Shown one piece after another: positions 44,706-60,349 of a stretch of 64,000 bases of DNA. The stretch lies in NCBI RefSeq assembly GCF_009914755.1, contig NC_060927.1; one strand, written 5' to 3'. Under the pieces are notes generated by a model. It did no database searches and was not told the origin of the DNA. It was given only the letters and a program-made list of their open reading frames with translations. The stretch is from the human T2T-CHM13v2.0 reference genome, Homo sapiens. The first letter of the stretch is position 1, and the number at the start of each line of letters is the position of its first letter. The position numbers and the translations under genes were made by a program.

Positions 44706-45654
44706 TCTCTTTACTGTGATAATTTTGCACAAACCAAGATGAATTGACTAAGTTTCGCTCTTTACTAGATTGAGAAATACCTTTCATTCCTAAAATATCC
44801 AAATGTACTAAGACATAACCATTTACTTAATTCTTTGCCTCTTAAGTATGGCAATTATTTCTAATATTCTACTTTTAAAGTTGAAGCTATTCAGACTAAG
44901 AAAACAGTGAGAGATTCATTAAGTAAGTAACAAAGTTAAACCTGCAACTGATCATTTGATTTTCTAGCAGGTGCTCATTCTGTCCCATGTTAATTCTAAC
45001 AGAGGTCATAGCTGAACATGATGCCTTATTTCTTCTTTAATCTATATACAGTTTTATGGACTTTGAGTCTTTTATAGCCCTAAATTTTTAGAATAACTCT
45101 TAAAAGGAAAAATGCGCCAGATTTTCAGATGTAGGTTTCTCATACAATTAGAGGAATATTCTAACACTGGGTCAACTTAAAGCCTCATTTTGGGATTTAT
45201 CAGAATATGCAATCTGCTGTTTGGAGGGAATGGCCATTTTGCAACCAGTTTTTCACCTAGTTTATAGAAGCTAGAGGTACATTGTGTCAGTACAAAAACA
45301 GGCCTTCCATTCTCTTGATCCATTGTTTCATATATATGGGTGATGGGCTCAGTATAAAAATCTAATGTTTGAATTTCTGACATGTGTTATTAGAATCTAC
45401 TCCCTAAGGTCTTAGTGAAAAACGTAAATAACTTTTCACTGTCTAATTTAACTCATCTGAAGTCTGCTTATGAATTTTGCAGGAGGAGGCACAAGACTGT
45501 ATTAGTGTTTATATGTGAGATAAAATTGTTGACTAAAAATCTTTTAAAGAAATGGTTTTTTACATTAATTTGCTAATATAAGTATATACCATGGGACTGA
45601 CATTGCTTTTCAAGGTTCTATAACATTTCTTTGATGACTAGGTATATGTTGCTT

Positions 45655-45961
45655 TCTTTTTTTTTTTTTGGAGACAGAGTCTCGCTCTCTCGCCCAGGCT
45701 GGAGTGCAGTGGCAGAATCTCAGCTCACTGCAACCTCTGCCTCCCAGGTTCAAGCGAGGTTCAAGCAATTCTTCTGCCTCAGCATCCTGAGTAGCTGAGA
45801 TTACAGGCACATGCCACCACGCCTGGCTAATTTTTTGTATTTTTAGTAGAGACGGGGTTTCACCGTGTTAGCCCAGTGGTCTCGATCTCCTGACCTCATG
45901 ATTCACCCATGTTGGCCTCCCAAAGTGCTGGGATTACGGGTGTGAGCCACCGCGCCTGGCC
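45655..45961 (-). mobile_element. AluSc-like with internal 11-bp duplication
   Basis: TSD atgttgctt at 45646 and 45962; AGGTTCAAGC(G/A) duplicated at 45746-45767. Confidence 0.92.
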
Positions 45962-47623
45962 ATGTTGCTTATTTTTATAAAACAGGGTTATTGGATAGTT
46001 TCACGCTTCTCAACAGTGTAATTTTTCTATTGATAAAATTGTACAACTTACTCTTTTTTTGCTTCCTTATCGCATCTTGAGACTCTTGTGCATTCTGGAG
46101 CAAGGTTGTAAATGTATCTCTTAACTTCACATATAGTCTCATTTCTGCTCCTGTCTTAATATTGTGACCTTTTTCCCACAGTCTTGTCTGCCACCATGAG
46201 AGGCCAACAGACACTTACACCCCCACAATGTATTTCTCTCTCATATTCTTTTGAAAGACTCTAATAGTCTCTAACCCATAAGAACGAATGTTACTTCTTA
46301 CCCACTTGAGATAGTGATAAAATTAGACCTGGCCTGCCTCTCGTTTTAGGAATATAGCATACTTAGAGTTATGCCTGTTTGCACAGCCTCTGAAGCTGAA
46401 CTGAGGAAAGTTTAATAAATCCAATGGTCAATCAATAGACAACTATGTTTGAGACGTCTGGTATATGTAAGGTTTGGGACTGGATGCTTCGAGAGATGAA
46501 AAAAGGACAAAATACAGCCTTTACCCTTAAGATGCTGTCACATTTCCAAGGGAAAAGATGGCACATGTTCATGAAAAATTAACTGTTACATAAGACTCTG
46601 TATACATTATTGGTTGAATTAATTTTGTTGAATGAATACAGCTCCAGTAAGAACACCTATAGGAATTCATAGGAGGGACCAATCATTGTGAGTCAAAGAA
46701 ACTAAAAAAATCACAGCACATTTGATTTGGAAGAGGTTATCGAGTTCCCCATCACCCAGATATGTAAAGAGACTTCTCAAACTAAGTCCCAGAGAGTGAC
46801 TGTGATTTTCAAAGAGCTACAAGCTTTTATTGACAGAACCAGTATTTATTTGGAGAGACTGATAGACTTGATTTATTCAGGAAGGAATGGAGAAAAATCC
46901 TAGGTGGAAAAGAATATGTTTATTTGACAGATGTATTTGGAAAAAAATAAGCATTTATCTATGGAAAGGAGAGAGTTAAAAAATATGGTTAAGGGCTAGC
47001 CTTCTGCTTCTTGCCTTTTATTTTCCCTAAAATGATAGCATGTTCTAGAACTAATGGAATAATTTTTTTTCCTTAGAAGTGAGTGGCATCTGTGTTTTCT
47101 CTTTTTAATGGGGAAAAATTATTATTTCCCTTCCGAAATAGTTAATTCAAGGAATAGTGCCCTTTTAATCTTATGATTGTCCTCCATAAATGTTAAACTT
47201 GTAAATCATCTGGCTTTGTTGAATTGGAGGCCATCTGTCCCTCCAGAGGTGCATTGGTTCACAGTATTCCAAAATGAGGTGATCATGGCATGTGCCAACG
47301 GGAAATTAAAAAAGCTCTCCTCTAAATGTTCTAAGCATCAGGTTATGGTGTCAAAATCATTTGCCAATGAACTTTTCATTAACCTTGCCTGAATCTTGTA
47401 TTAGAATCATGGGTCTTAGCTTCTGAGCACATTTATAAATGCCTTATTTTCGTCAAAGCTGTATACAATACACATTGTAAAACCTAGATAAAATGCTCAG
47501 ATGTGGCACAAAATGTGATCTGAGTAATTTTGACATCAAGAATCCCATAGATGTGAAGTATTTCTTAAGCTACCTAGAATTGTAAACAAGAGAAGGACTC
47601 TTGAGTTTAAAAATGTTCTCCCC

Positions 47624-47758
47624 GAAACCCCATCTCTACTAAAAATACAAAATTAGCCGGGGGTGGTGGTGCACGCCTGTAATCCCAGCTACTCAGAAGG
47701 CTGAGGCAGGAGAATTGCAACAAGAGCGAAATTCCATCTCAAAAAAAAAAAAAAAAAA
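47624..47758 (+). mobile_element. 5'-truncated, internally deleted AluSq/Sp
   Basis: Starts at GAAACCCC, jumps from GAGAATTGC to AACAAGAGCG, has an A18 tail, and TSD GTTCTCCCC at 47615-23 and 47759-67. Confidence 0.9.
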
Positions 47759-47799
47759 GTTCTCCCCAGATTTCCACCTGATAAATCAAAGACAAGTGC

Positions 47800-48150
<351 letters not shown>

Positions 48151-48501
48151 TAAGCAAGATTATTTTGGAAATGATAGAATGCAATAAAGGTGATAGATAA
48201 CCTTAGAGAAAAAGTTGAAAAAGGAAAGAGGCAGAGGCAATGTAGGGCCTTGACAATAGAAGCAATAAATAAAATAGAAATGAATCCTTAAGCAGGCTCC
48301 ATTGCAGAAGAAATGCAAGATTTCTCCCAGAAAAACATTTGACATTAGATTCCTCTAATTCCAACATAAGGAAGAAGTTGTAGAGAGAACCATAGAATTT
48401 TATAGGTGAACTAAAAGTATAAGATTGTCTATTTTTATTCTTTCAGCTTCTCCTGATTTTTCTTGTAATGTGTGCATGAGGGGTAGGAGTGTGGTGAGTC
48501 A

Positions 48502-48868
<367 letters not shown>

Positions 48869-49018
48869 CTACGATAGCATCTTCACTAGTCTCCCTGTCT
48901 CTAACTGGCTTCCTCAATTCCACCTGGACTCTACCTCACTCCTTGCCACTTTCCTTCTTCTCTACTATTCCATACCTTTTATACTAGCCATTGTAAAGTT
49001 AATTTATTTGCCCCAAAG

Positions 49019-49240
49019 CAGTGTACTCCAATAATGTAGCTGCTAGCCACCTGTGTCTGTTTACATTTAAATTAATTAAAATCAGATAAAATTAAAATTT
49101 CAGTTCGTAAATTATACTACCCTTATTTCAGATTCTCAATGGCCACTTGTAGCTGATGGTTAACATATTGAATTGCACCAATTTTAGAACATACCTATCA
49201 ACATGCCTGTCATTGCAGAAAGTTCAGCTGGGCAGTGATG
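49019..49240. mobile_element. MER3 (hAT-Charlie)
   Basis: gctagccacctgtg...aaattaattaaaat...ttgcagaaagttc. Confidence 0.75.
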
Positions 49241-49318
49241 CTTCAAAGATTAGTGGTCTCCCTTGCATTCTTCTCATAAGCCAGAAAGTTACTGGGGTAA
49301 CAGTATACAACATTTGCC

Positions 49319-49617
49319 GGCCAGGCGCGGTGGCTCATGACTGTAATCCCAGCACTTTGGGAGGCCGAGGTGGGCGGATCACTTGAGGTCTGGAGTTCCA
49401 GAGCAGCCTGACCAATACGGAGAAACCCTGTCTCTACTAAAAATACAAAATTAGCCAGGTGTGGTGGTGCATGCCTGTAATCTCAGCTACTCGGGAGGCT
49501 GAGGCAGGAGAATCACTTGAACTCGGGGGAGGCGAAGGTTGTGGTGAGCCAAGATCATGCCACTGCACTCCAGCCTGGGCGACAAAAGCAAAACTCGGTC
49601 TCAAAAAAAAAAAAAAA
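49319..49617 (+). mobile_element. AluSp/Sq-like
   Basis: cctgaccaatacggagaaaccc, full dimer with A tail. Confidence 0.92.
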
Positions 49618-52042
49618 TATTGCCAAGTCTTCCTCATTTCCCTTCTGGTTTCATATGCTAAGGTTCCTTCTGGGACTGTCTGCCGGGGTGTCATCTCCTT
49701 TTTCTTGCCACCTCACTAGCCTGCCTTAACTTTGTTTAGATACCCTTTCTATGCTGTTCTTTTTACATAGGGCTTCCCTTAGCACAGCATTTCATCACGT
49801 ATATCGTAATTGTTTGGTTTTTAGTCTCTACCCTCCACCAAACTCTAAAGCAGTATTTCTTGCTCTTGCTCTTGCTCACGTTCATGCTTGGGGCATGCAG
49901 CTTAATGCCTAGCACTTCTTGAACACTCAATAAACTTTTGATTAATTAGTGAATTACTTAAAATGTTTATTCAGAATAAACAGGCACACCTAATAGAATT
50001 AATGCATTTATAATTTATATGAACTTAAGCCTTTTAAAACATTTCGCTTTCATTATAAAACTAGAAATTAATTTCTTCAGACATTGCCCTTAAGAAAATT
50101 ACTCTAAGGAATGTGTAAGTTATGTAAAATATATTTAACCCTAAACCACACAATGATGATGAAGGTGGTGGTTGTAGTAGTAATAATGATAATAGGAAAT
50201 GTAAGGAAAAATAAGGCAGTCTCACACCCTATTAAGAAGGAAACAACATTTAGAATAAGCCTACTTTGTGTCAAGCCATGTTAGAAACCCATTATTTAAT
50301 ATAATTAGTACAAATCAACTGTTTTCTTTTTTCTATGTTGCCTCCAACCCTTGAGTACATGAATGCATAATTTTCCACTTGAATCCATATCTCAGGTAGT
50401 TTATATTTGTAGTTTTAGAATTAATATTTCATTGTAGGTATCCAACATAGTATAATTATTTTTAATGACTGCATGATATTCTTTCTGTGAAGACAGTATC
50501 ATTTACTTAGAAACTCTCTGATTACCTTTTAGACAGCTAAATTGTTTTTAATCTTTCATATTTTAAATAGCAATGCATTCAATATTTTCATGTAAACAGT
50601 TTTTCTTAATGAGAAGGAGGTATTTTACCTTAAGCTGAATTGCTTTGGTTTAAAAATATGTGAGTTTATTGAAACATTTTGCCAAATATTTCTTCATACT
50701 GTTGTAGGCATTGTCATCATTTTAAATTCTTTGTTAATTTGACAGGTACGAAATGGACAAAAAGGATTTTAAAGTTGTATCTGGGGTGGGAAATATGTCT
50801 CAAAACACTTGGAGATAACTGCTATCATGTTGAGGAAGAAGTCCGTTCAAAGAAGAAAAGGATGCCATTTGTTTTACTTAGTTCTTTAAACTAAAGCACT
50901 AACCTCTTTTACACCAAAGTTAATATCCCCTTTATAAACTCTGAGTTCTTAGGTGTTCTTACTCAAGAGGGTAAGGATATGACATTAGTGTCACATCACT
51001 CTATGTGGAGTAGGATCCAGTGAGCTTAGGAACCCAGAAGAAACATGTATTCACAGCTTGGCTTTGATAGAAGCAATAGACTGATTTTCATTTGCTCTAA
51101 GGGTGTTTTACAATATGTTTCATTTCAAAATGTAACAAATGATAGTGCACAGATGTTTAAATCTTCCTGTATACATTCCCTTCTGCCAATCTCCCATGTC
51201 AGTTCCTTTTTATTGATGCTTATTTTTGTTTGACTGTTTAATTGCCATGATTTAAGCTATTGGTGGTTCAGGATGCACTTGCCTGCCCTATATTAACAAC
51301 AGTAATGCAAAAATAACAACAATAATAATAATGCCTGTTTATTGAGTTTTCTCAAAGATGAGAAAACTGAGTCACAGATGAAGTAACTTGTCCAAAATTG
51401 CACTGCTATTCAAACATAGGCAGTCTAGTCTGAATTTCCAGCTCTTAACTCATATGCTCTACACAGTGGATCAGGGTTCTTTTGTTTAGTATTTCAGGTA
51501 GTTATAGGTGAAATTCTGAAATACTGTCTGCAAAATGTATAAAAGGTGTTCTTGAGGACTGGTTTGTAGTTGTAGTTTGGGAATACTTGCCAAATGCTCA
51601 CAAAATCTGGGTTTGAAAAGCATATGGTCTGAGAAGCAGTCTAAATTCACTCCAAATAAGTCACAAAAAATTAATATCCCTTTTTGTTCATGACTGGTGG
51701 GCCAGAGGACTCCTTTAGGGTGGGACTGCTGGCCTTCAGCAAGATATGCAGCAGCAACTTTAATGGTATCCTTGTGGAAATTGTGGATGACAATGAGTAG
51801 TTCAGGTGATTTTGTGGGCTTGCACTTTCTGATGAAACCAGAGGCAGAGTAGGTTAAGTACATGGAAGTGGAGTGAGCCAATGTCAGTTAAGATTTTGGC
51901 GTTTCCACTGCAGGATCTTGAGTACATTTTTGTTTCTCTAAAAGTTTCACATTCTTCCTCTCTGCTCTAGGGATGCTAATGTGCAGCATTCACCACCTGA
52001 TAGCTGTAAACATAAAAATGGGGTCATGTATGTACTATGTTT

Positions 52043-52428
52043 GCATGGCACATCCATACAATGTTATACTGTTCAGCAATAAAAGGAACAAAGCACTGCT
52101 ACCTCTTACGGCAAGAGTGAACTCAGAAACATTTTGCTAAGTCAATGAAACCAGATGCGTTGTATGATTCCATTTATATATGTCCAAGAAAGGCCAATAT
52201 AGAGAGACAGGAAGTAGAATAGTAGTTGCCTGGGACTATAGATGTGCGTGGAGGATTGACTGCAGAGGGTCCTGAGGGATCTCCTTGGGGTAATAGAAAT
52301 ATTCTAAAATTGGATTGTGATTATGATTGTGCTATTCTTTAAATATTCTAAAAACTCCTTGAATTATACACTTATAACAGGTGAATTTTTATACTCTGTA
52401 AAGTATACCTTAGCAAACATAAAAAAAG
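52043..52428 (+). mobile_element. L1ME/L1MB8-like 3' end
   Basis: tgtatgattccatttatat...tagtagttgcctggg...tattctaaaattggattgtg. Confidence 0.75.
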
Positions 52429-52489
52429 TAGTCAATAATTGTTGGTATCATTTTATTTTTTATTATTAGTCTTTATTGTTCATATAACT

Positions 52490-52710
52490 GAGAGATTCTG
52501 GGGATGTGCTATAGGACCCTGTATTTGAACTTCATCAGGATTTTAGCTACTTTTTGGATGACAACATGCTTTCACATTTGAGAATGACACAGCTGGAAGG
52601 GATAACTAATGGCTTAGAACCCCTAACCAAGATTGGAATTGTTTTGACAGCCTAAAAAGCTGGTTGAAGCCCATAAGATGAAATTGAACAAAAATAAATG
52701 TAAAATCTGG
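52490..52710 (+). mobile_element. L3/CR1 RT-region fragment
   Basis: gacacagctggaagggataactaat...agatgaaattgaacaaaaataaatgtaaa. Confidence 0.55.
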
Positions 52711-53991
52711 CACAGGCTGGGTTCCTCAGGCAAGCAAAAGAGGTTTAAGCAGCTGGCTTCTAAAGTAGCTCTTGTTCTTATAAGAAATGTTTGTGCCTCT
52801 CAGAAAGGGAGTGGCAGAAAACCTGGGACAGGATTCAGGCCAAAACTGAAGGCTCCAACTATAAATGACATCTGAGGTTTTTGTTAGATGCTGGAAGAGT
52901 TACTTAGTTGGACATTCCATGTTTTATGTTCATATACTAATAATAGTAATTATTATTATATTTATAATGATAAAACTCCATGCTTCCCATGACATAAGCT
53001 CTGTGGTAAATGCTTTATATACATTATCTCATTCAACAATTATAACAACCTTACAAACAGAATATTTTTATCCTATTTACATATGCAGAACTGAGTCTTA
53101 GTGAGCCTTTAGTCAAACAGCTAGTGAATGGCAGCCCAGTTAGAAAGCACCTAGTCAGGATTGAGGGCCCATATTTTCAACTCTTAAGCTCTATCTTCTA
53201 CCCTTAGAATTTCTTATTCACAGAATATAGTTCTTGAAATCTAGCAAAGTGAAAATTCAAAAGCAAAGAAGTACATAGTCTATGGATTTTGCGGGGAGAA
53301 CACAGATGATTTTACCAATACCAAGATTGGTTTATTTTCGCTCTAATCCTTTGGGAGGGACTAATTTCCATCACTGAGTTCTAAACTGCTACGTCTAATG
53401 AGCTGTGCGAAAATGCTGAGGTATTGCAGGCTGTGGCCATTCAAGCAAGAAGGCAGTAAGCTCAGTAGGAACAGCTGCTTAATAAAAGGCTATTAGTAGG
53501 CCAGAAAACAAACAGGAGATTTTGCTGAAACATATAATCTATTTTTAAATTACTTTGAAATAGTCACTTGGGCATTGATACAGAGGAGGATTATCAACAG
53601 TCGGATGTTTTATAGAAAATACCTTGAAATAGACTTTTAGATATTTCCTATTTTATCTTCAATAATCTAAGGAGGGGGAAAGGGCAGTCACCATGTATTT
53701 ATGAAAAATAAAATAGATGATGCGTTGACTTGAAACCTTTTCATTTTAAAGAAGGAAAATGCATTCTACAAAGTCAGAAAAGTACATTTTTGATGTTTTC
53801 TTATTTCAGAGTGTCGCATAATGCATATCTTTGTCTGAGATGTGCTATAGATCCAAGGATCGAGGGCTAGAAGTCTACCTTCTGGCTCTTTTATAGTGTG
53901 TATGAATACCATAGAAATGCTCTTTAATTACTTTTTAAAATAATAAATGAAATATGTGAGTTCCGTGATACATAGTTGTCTTTTCTTTATC

Positions 53992-54484
53992 TGTTTGTTT
54001 TTTTTTTTTTATTTCCAACTTTTATTTTAAGTTCAGAGGTACATGTGTGGGATGTGTAGGTTTGTTACATAGGTAAACATGTGCCATGATGGTTTACTGC
54101 ACAGATCATCTCATTACCCAGATACTAAGCCCGGCATCAGTTAGCTATTCTTCCTGATCCTCTCCCTCCGCCCACACCCGTCCCTCTGACAGGCTCCAGT
54201 TTGTGTTGTTCCCCACCATGTGTCCCTTTGTTCTCATCATTTAGCTCCCACTTATAAGTGAGAACATGCACTATTTGGTTTTCTGTTCCTGCGTTAGTTT
54301 GCTAAGGATAATGGTCTCCAGCTCCATCCATGTCCCTGCAAAGGACATGATCTCATTCTTTTTTATGGCTGAATAGTATTCCATGGTGTATATATACCAC
54401 ATTTTCTTTCTCTAGTCTGTCACTGATGGACATTTAGGTTGATTCCATGTCCTTGCTATTGTGAATAGTGCTGCAATGAACATA
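53992..54484 (-). mobile_element. L1PA13-16 grade 3' end
   Basis: T tail followed by aacttttattttaagttcagaggtacatgtg...ctcccacttataagtgagaacatg. Confidence 0.88.
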
Positions 54485-54920
54485 TTTAGCCCTAATTATA
54501 TTATATTTATACTTTAATTTTTACTATATAATATCTTGATCACAGCTTTGGCAAAAGGCTTTTTTTCCTTTTCACACCAATGAGAGAAGCTTATCTTAAC
54601 TGCATATTCTCTTATTTAAGCTTTTTCCTTTTCCCAGCAGGACTTTCATCTTTGCTCATTCTTTCCATCTTTCTGTCACTTTGGCACAGTCTATGACTAG
54701 AAAGCATCAACCATTTCAATAATATTTGTTTTGTTTCTCCCTTTAAATATCAAAAAACCTATATAGGTTTGCTTTTTTAAGAGAAAAAAATAATAACTTT
54801 ATCTGTTGTTACCATTTCTATAGCCTTTTATCTTTTTGACCCAGGAAACAAGTTACTTGTAAACCTTTTTTCACTTAACTAAACAAATGAACATTTTTAA
54901 AATTTAAATTTAGCTCCTAC

Positions 54921-55376
54921 TGTGAGAAAACCTTTTAAATGGCTTATTTTCAAGGCATAAGTCTAAGCCCTGGCAGCCAGCCTGCGAATGTAACAAACCA
55001 CACAACTCATGCGCCTTGAAGGTCACCATAAGTGAACAGAATGTAGAGGAAGGGTCAGCCCATAAAAGGGAAGAAAGTTTCGTTATTGGGAAATTGAAAC
55101 TTAAGCGGGGAAGGGAACCAGGGTATAACCTTATAAAGGGGATAATGAAACTTACGCGATGCCCGGGAAGATTGTAACCCCATAGTACTCAACCAGTGAG
55201 GAACTGGGGGAGGGACTTGCATGCTAGAAGATAAATTACCTGCTGTAGCTTCCCTGGGTGTGCCTGTCTATCAGACACCAGATCTTGCAATACTGCCATT
55301 AAAAGTCTTGCTTCCGCTGTTCTTCATGGCTCTGAGTCCATTCTTTGGATTTGGACGGGTGAGCGTGTTTCTCACA
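54921..55376 (+). mobile_element. Solo ERV1 LTR (LTR15-like), 456 bp
   Basis: TGTGAGAAA...TTTCTCACA 9-bp terminal inverted repeats, perfect 4-bp TSD CTAC at 54917-20 and 55377-80, ATTAAA at 55298. The family name is from recall. Confidence 0.85.
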
Positions 55377-56576
55377 CTACCAAAATTAGACAAACACATT
55401 ACAAGAAAATAAAACTACAAACAGAAATTTCTCATGAATGTAGAAGCAAAATCCTCTACAAAATCTTAGCAAATTGAATCAATAATGTATAAAAATAATT
55501 ATACACCACCACCACCAAGTGGGATTCACATCAGGTATCCAAGGGTGGTTCAACATTCAAATATCAATTAATGTAATTCATCACATCAGTAGGCTAAAGA
55601 AGAAAAATTAGACAGTTATATCACTAGATGCAGAAAAGCATTTGACAGATTCAACACTCATTCATGATAAGAACTCTCTGCAAACTAAGAATAGAGAAGC
55701 GCTTCCTCAACTTTGATAAAGAATATCTAAAAAAAACCCTACAGTTAACATCATACTTAATGGTGAGAATCTCAAAGTTTTCCTACCAGGATCAGAAACA
55801 AAGCAAGGATAACTTCTACCACTGCTTTTCAGCATCATACTAGATGTTTTTAGCTAATGCAACAAGACAAGAAAAAGTAAAAGTATACAGATTGGAAAGG
55901 AAGAAATTAAACTGCCTTTTCTTGTAGATGACATGACTACCTATGTAGAAAATTCCAGAAAATCAACATAAAATCTCCTGGATGTAATAAATAATTGTAA
56001 CCGAGATGCAGGATATCATTGTTAACATAGACCAGTAAATGACTGACTTTCCTGTATATCAACAATGACCAACTGGAACTTGAAAATAAAAACATAATAC
56101 CATTTATGTTAGCACGCCAAAAATGATATACTTTGATATAAATTTCACAAAATATGTACGAGGTCTATGTGAAGAAAACTAGAAAACTCTGATAAAAGAA
56201 CTAAATAAGTGGAAATATATTTCATGTTTATACATAGGAAGACTCCATATTGTGAGGAGGTCAGTTTTTCCCAACTTGATCTATAGATTCGATGCAGTCC
56301 CAATCAAAATCCCAGAAAGGTATTTTGTGGATATGTACTTATTGAGTCTAAAGTTTATATGATCCAAAATAGCCAATTCAGTATGGAAGGAGAAGAACAA
56401 AGTAGTCAATTGAATGACTCTACTCAACTTCAAGAAATGCTGTATAGCTACAGAAATCAAGACAGTGTGGTATTGTTGAAAGAACAGACAAATAGATCAG
56501 AACAGAGAGCCCAGAAATATATCCACATCAATATAGTTAGCTAATCTTTGACAAAGGAGTAAAGGCAATAAAATGA

Positions 56577-57058
<482 letters not shown>

Positions 57059-57246
57059 AAGATAGTCTTTTCAATAAATGGTCCTGGAACAACTGAACAT
57101 CAACATGTAAGACAAAAACAAATCAAAAAAAGAATCTAGTCACTGACTTAAACCCCGCGCAAAAAAATTAACCCAAAATGGATCAAAGACCGACATGTAA
57201 AATTTAAAACTGTAAAACCTCTTGAAGATAACAAGGAGAAAATCTA

Positions 57247-59492
57247 TGATATGGTTTGGCTGTATCCCTACCCAAATCTCATCTTGAATTGTAATCACAT
57301 AATCCCTATGTGTTGTGGGGGGGACCTTGTGGGAGGTAATTAAATCATGGGGGTGGTTCTCCTATGCTGTTCTCATGTTAGTGAGTTCTCAAAAGATCTG
57401 ATGGTTTTATAAGCAACTGGCATTTCCCCTAGAGAGAATGCTAGCACTCATTCTCTCTCCTGCCGCCCTGTGAAGAGGGGCCTCCATGCCTCATGCCATG
57501 ATTGTAAGTTTCATGAGATCTCCCCTGCCATGTGGAACTGTGAGTCAATTAAACTTCTTTTCTTTATAAAATACTCAGTCTCTGCATAGCAGTGTGAGAA
57601 CAGACTAATACAGTAAATTGGTACTGCAGAGAGTGGGGTGCTGCTATAAAGATAGACGAAAATGTGAAAGCGATTTTGTAAGTGGGTAACAGAGGTTGAA
57701 ACAGTTTGGAGGGCTCAGAAGACAGGAAGATACGAGAAAATTTGGAACTTCCTAGAGACTTGTTGAATGGTTTTGACCAAAATGCTGATAGTGATATGGA
57801 CAATGAAGTCCAGTCTGAGGTCATCTCAGATGGAGATGAAGAACTTCTTGGGAACTGGAGCAGAGGTGACTTGCTATGATTTAGCAAAGAGACTGGCAGC
57901 ATTTTGCCCCTGCCCTAGAGATCTGTGGAACTTTGAACTTTAGAGAGCTGATTTAGGGTACCTGACAGAAGCAATTTCTAAGTAACAAAGGGTTCAAGAG
58001 AAAGCAGATCATAAAAGTTTGGAAAATTTGCAGCCTGATGATGTGATAGAAAAAAAAAAACCATTTTCTGGGGAGAAATTCAAGCCAGCTGCAGAAAATT
58101 CCATAAGTAATAAGGAGCTGAATATATCACCATGACAATGGGGAAACTGTCCCCAGGGTATGTCACAGACCTTCAGGACAGGCCCTCCCATGACAGGCCC
58201 AGAGGCCTAGAAGGGAAATATGGTTTCCTTGAATGGGCCCAGGGAACCCCTGCTTTATGCAGCTTAGGGACATGGTGCCCTGCATCCCAGCCACTCCGGC
58301 CGTGGCTAAAAGGGGCCAAGGTACACACAGGGCATGGCTTCAGAGGGTGCAAGCCTCAAGCCTAGGCAGCTTCCACATGGTGTTGGTCCTCTGTATACAC
58401 AGAAGTCAAGAATTGAGGTTTGAGAACCTCCACTTAGATTTCAGAGGGTATATGGAAATGCCTGGATGTTCAGGCAAAAGTTTGCTGCAGGGACAAAGCC
58501 CTCATGGAGAACCTTTGCTAGGGTAGTGTGAAAGGGAAATGTGGGGTTGGAGGCCCCACACTGAGTCCCCACTGTGGCACTGCCTAGTGGAGCTATGAGA
58601 AGAAGGCCACCATCCTCCAGACCCCAGAATGGTAGATCCACCTACAGCTTGTACTGTGCACCTGGAAAAGCCACAGACACTCAATGCCAGCCTGTGAAAG
58701 CAGCCAGGAGGGGTGCTATACCCTGCAAAGCCATAGGGGTAGAGCTGCCCAAGGCTGTGGGAGCCCACCTGTTGCATCAGTTTGACCTGGATGTGAGACA
58801 TGGGAGTTAAAGGAGATCATTTTGGAGCTTTAAGGTTTACTGACTGTCCTATTACATTTTAGACTTGCATGGGGCCTGCAGCCGCTTTGTTTTGGCCAAT
58901 GTCTTCCATTTGGAATGGGCGTATTTACCCAATATCTGTACCCCCATTGTATCTAGGAAGTAACTAACTTGCTTTCGATTTTACCACCTCATAGGCAGAA
59001 GGGACTTGTCTTCTCTCAGATGACATTTTGGACTTGGATTTTTGGGTTAATGCTGGAATGAGCTAAGACTAGGGGCTATTGGAAAGGTATGATTGTGTTT
59101 TGAAACAAGATTTGGGAGGGGTCAGGGGCAGAATGATATGGTTTTGCTGTGTTTCCACCCAAACTTCATCTTGAGTTGTAATCCCATAATTCCCATGTGT
59201 TGTGGAAGGGACCCCTTGGGAGGTAATTGATTCATGGGGGCCATTTCCCCAATGCTGTTCTCATGATAGTGAGTGAGTTCTCATGAGATCTGATGGTTTT
59301 ATAAGTGGCATTTCCCCTGCTGGCATGCATTTTCTCTCCTGCCACCCTGTGAAGAGGTGCCTTCTACCATGATTGTAAGTTTCCTGAGGCCTCCCCAACC
59401 ATGTGGAACTGTAAGTCAATTAAACTTTTTTTCTTTATAAAATACCCAGTCTCAGGTATTTCTTCATAGCAGCGTGAGAACAGACTAATACT
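57247..59492 (+). mobile_element. Full-length THE1C/D (ERVL-MaLR): LTR 57247-57612, internal 57613-59133, LTR 59134-59492
   Basis: Both LTRs run TGATATGGTTT...GACTAATAC(A/T). PPT gggaggggtcaggggcagaa at 59114-33; 5-bp TSD ATCTA (57242-46) / GTCTA (59493-97). Confidence 0.94.
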
Positions 59493-60349
59493 GTCTAGAT
59501 GACTTTGGATTTGGCTATGATATTTTGGATATGACATCAAAGGCAAGATCTATGAAAGAAAGAATTGATAGGCTGGACATTATTAAAATTAAAAATATTT
59601 TATCTGCAAAAAGATACTGTCAAGAGAATGAAAAGAACAACCACAAACTGGGAGAAAACATTGGCAAAGACATACCTGATAAAGGACTGTTAGCAAAATC
59701 TACAAAGAACTTTCTTAAAACTCAACAATCAGGAAACAAACAACAAATTTTAAAAATCTGTTACATTAACAGATATTTTATTGAAAAAAATACACAGACA
59801 GCAAATAATTATATGAAAAGATGCTACACACCATATGTCATCAGAGAAATGAAAATAACTATGAGATACTACTACATGCTTATTAGAACAATAAGCCAAT
59901 CTTGGAACACAGACAACCTGCTAACCTGATAAGACAGTAAGTCCAATTCTATTGCTAGACAACATTGCTCAATGTAAAAATAACTCATGGTTTGTTAATT
60001 GCATCGGCATGAAGAGGAACTGCAAATGGCCTATGAATACTAGATTGTGATGTGATGCTTTGGGCTTCCCTGGCATGCAGTGACTCTTATAACTGTGTAT
60101 TCCATGTGAGGACCCTGGAAGCAATTTATATGGAATTGCTAAAGGAAATACTGGCTCCTATAGGGGATGAGGCTTGTAAACCAGGGTGACTTCAGCACAG
60201 GACCAATGTGACTCTTGTCTCCTTGTATCTGAACTGTCACCCAGAAGGCTGTGTCAACGGCTACAAGGACATCCACAGTGAGGAACTGCTGCTATCCTGC
60301 TGACATGCTGTGCTCTTGAACTGTATTTTTCTGTGTATCCTGAGCCTAT

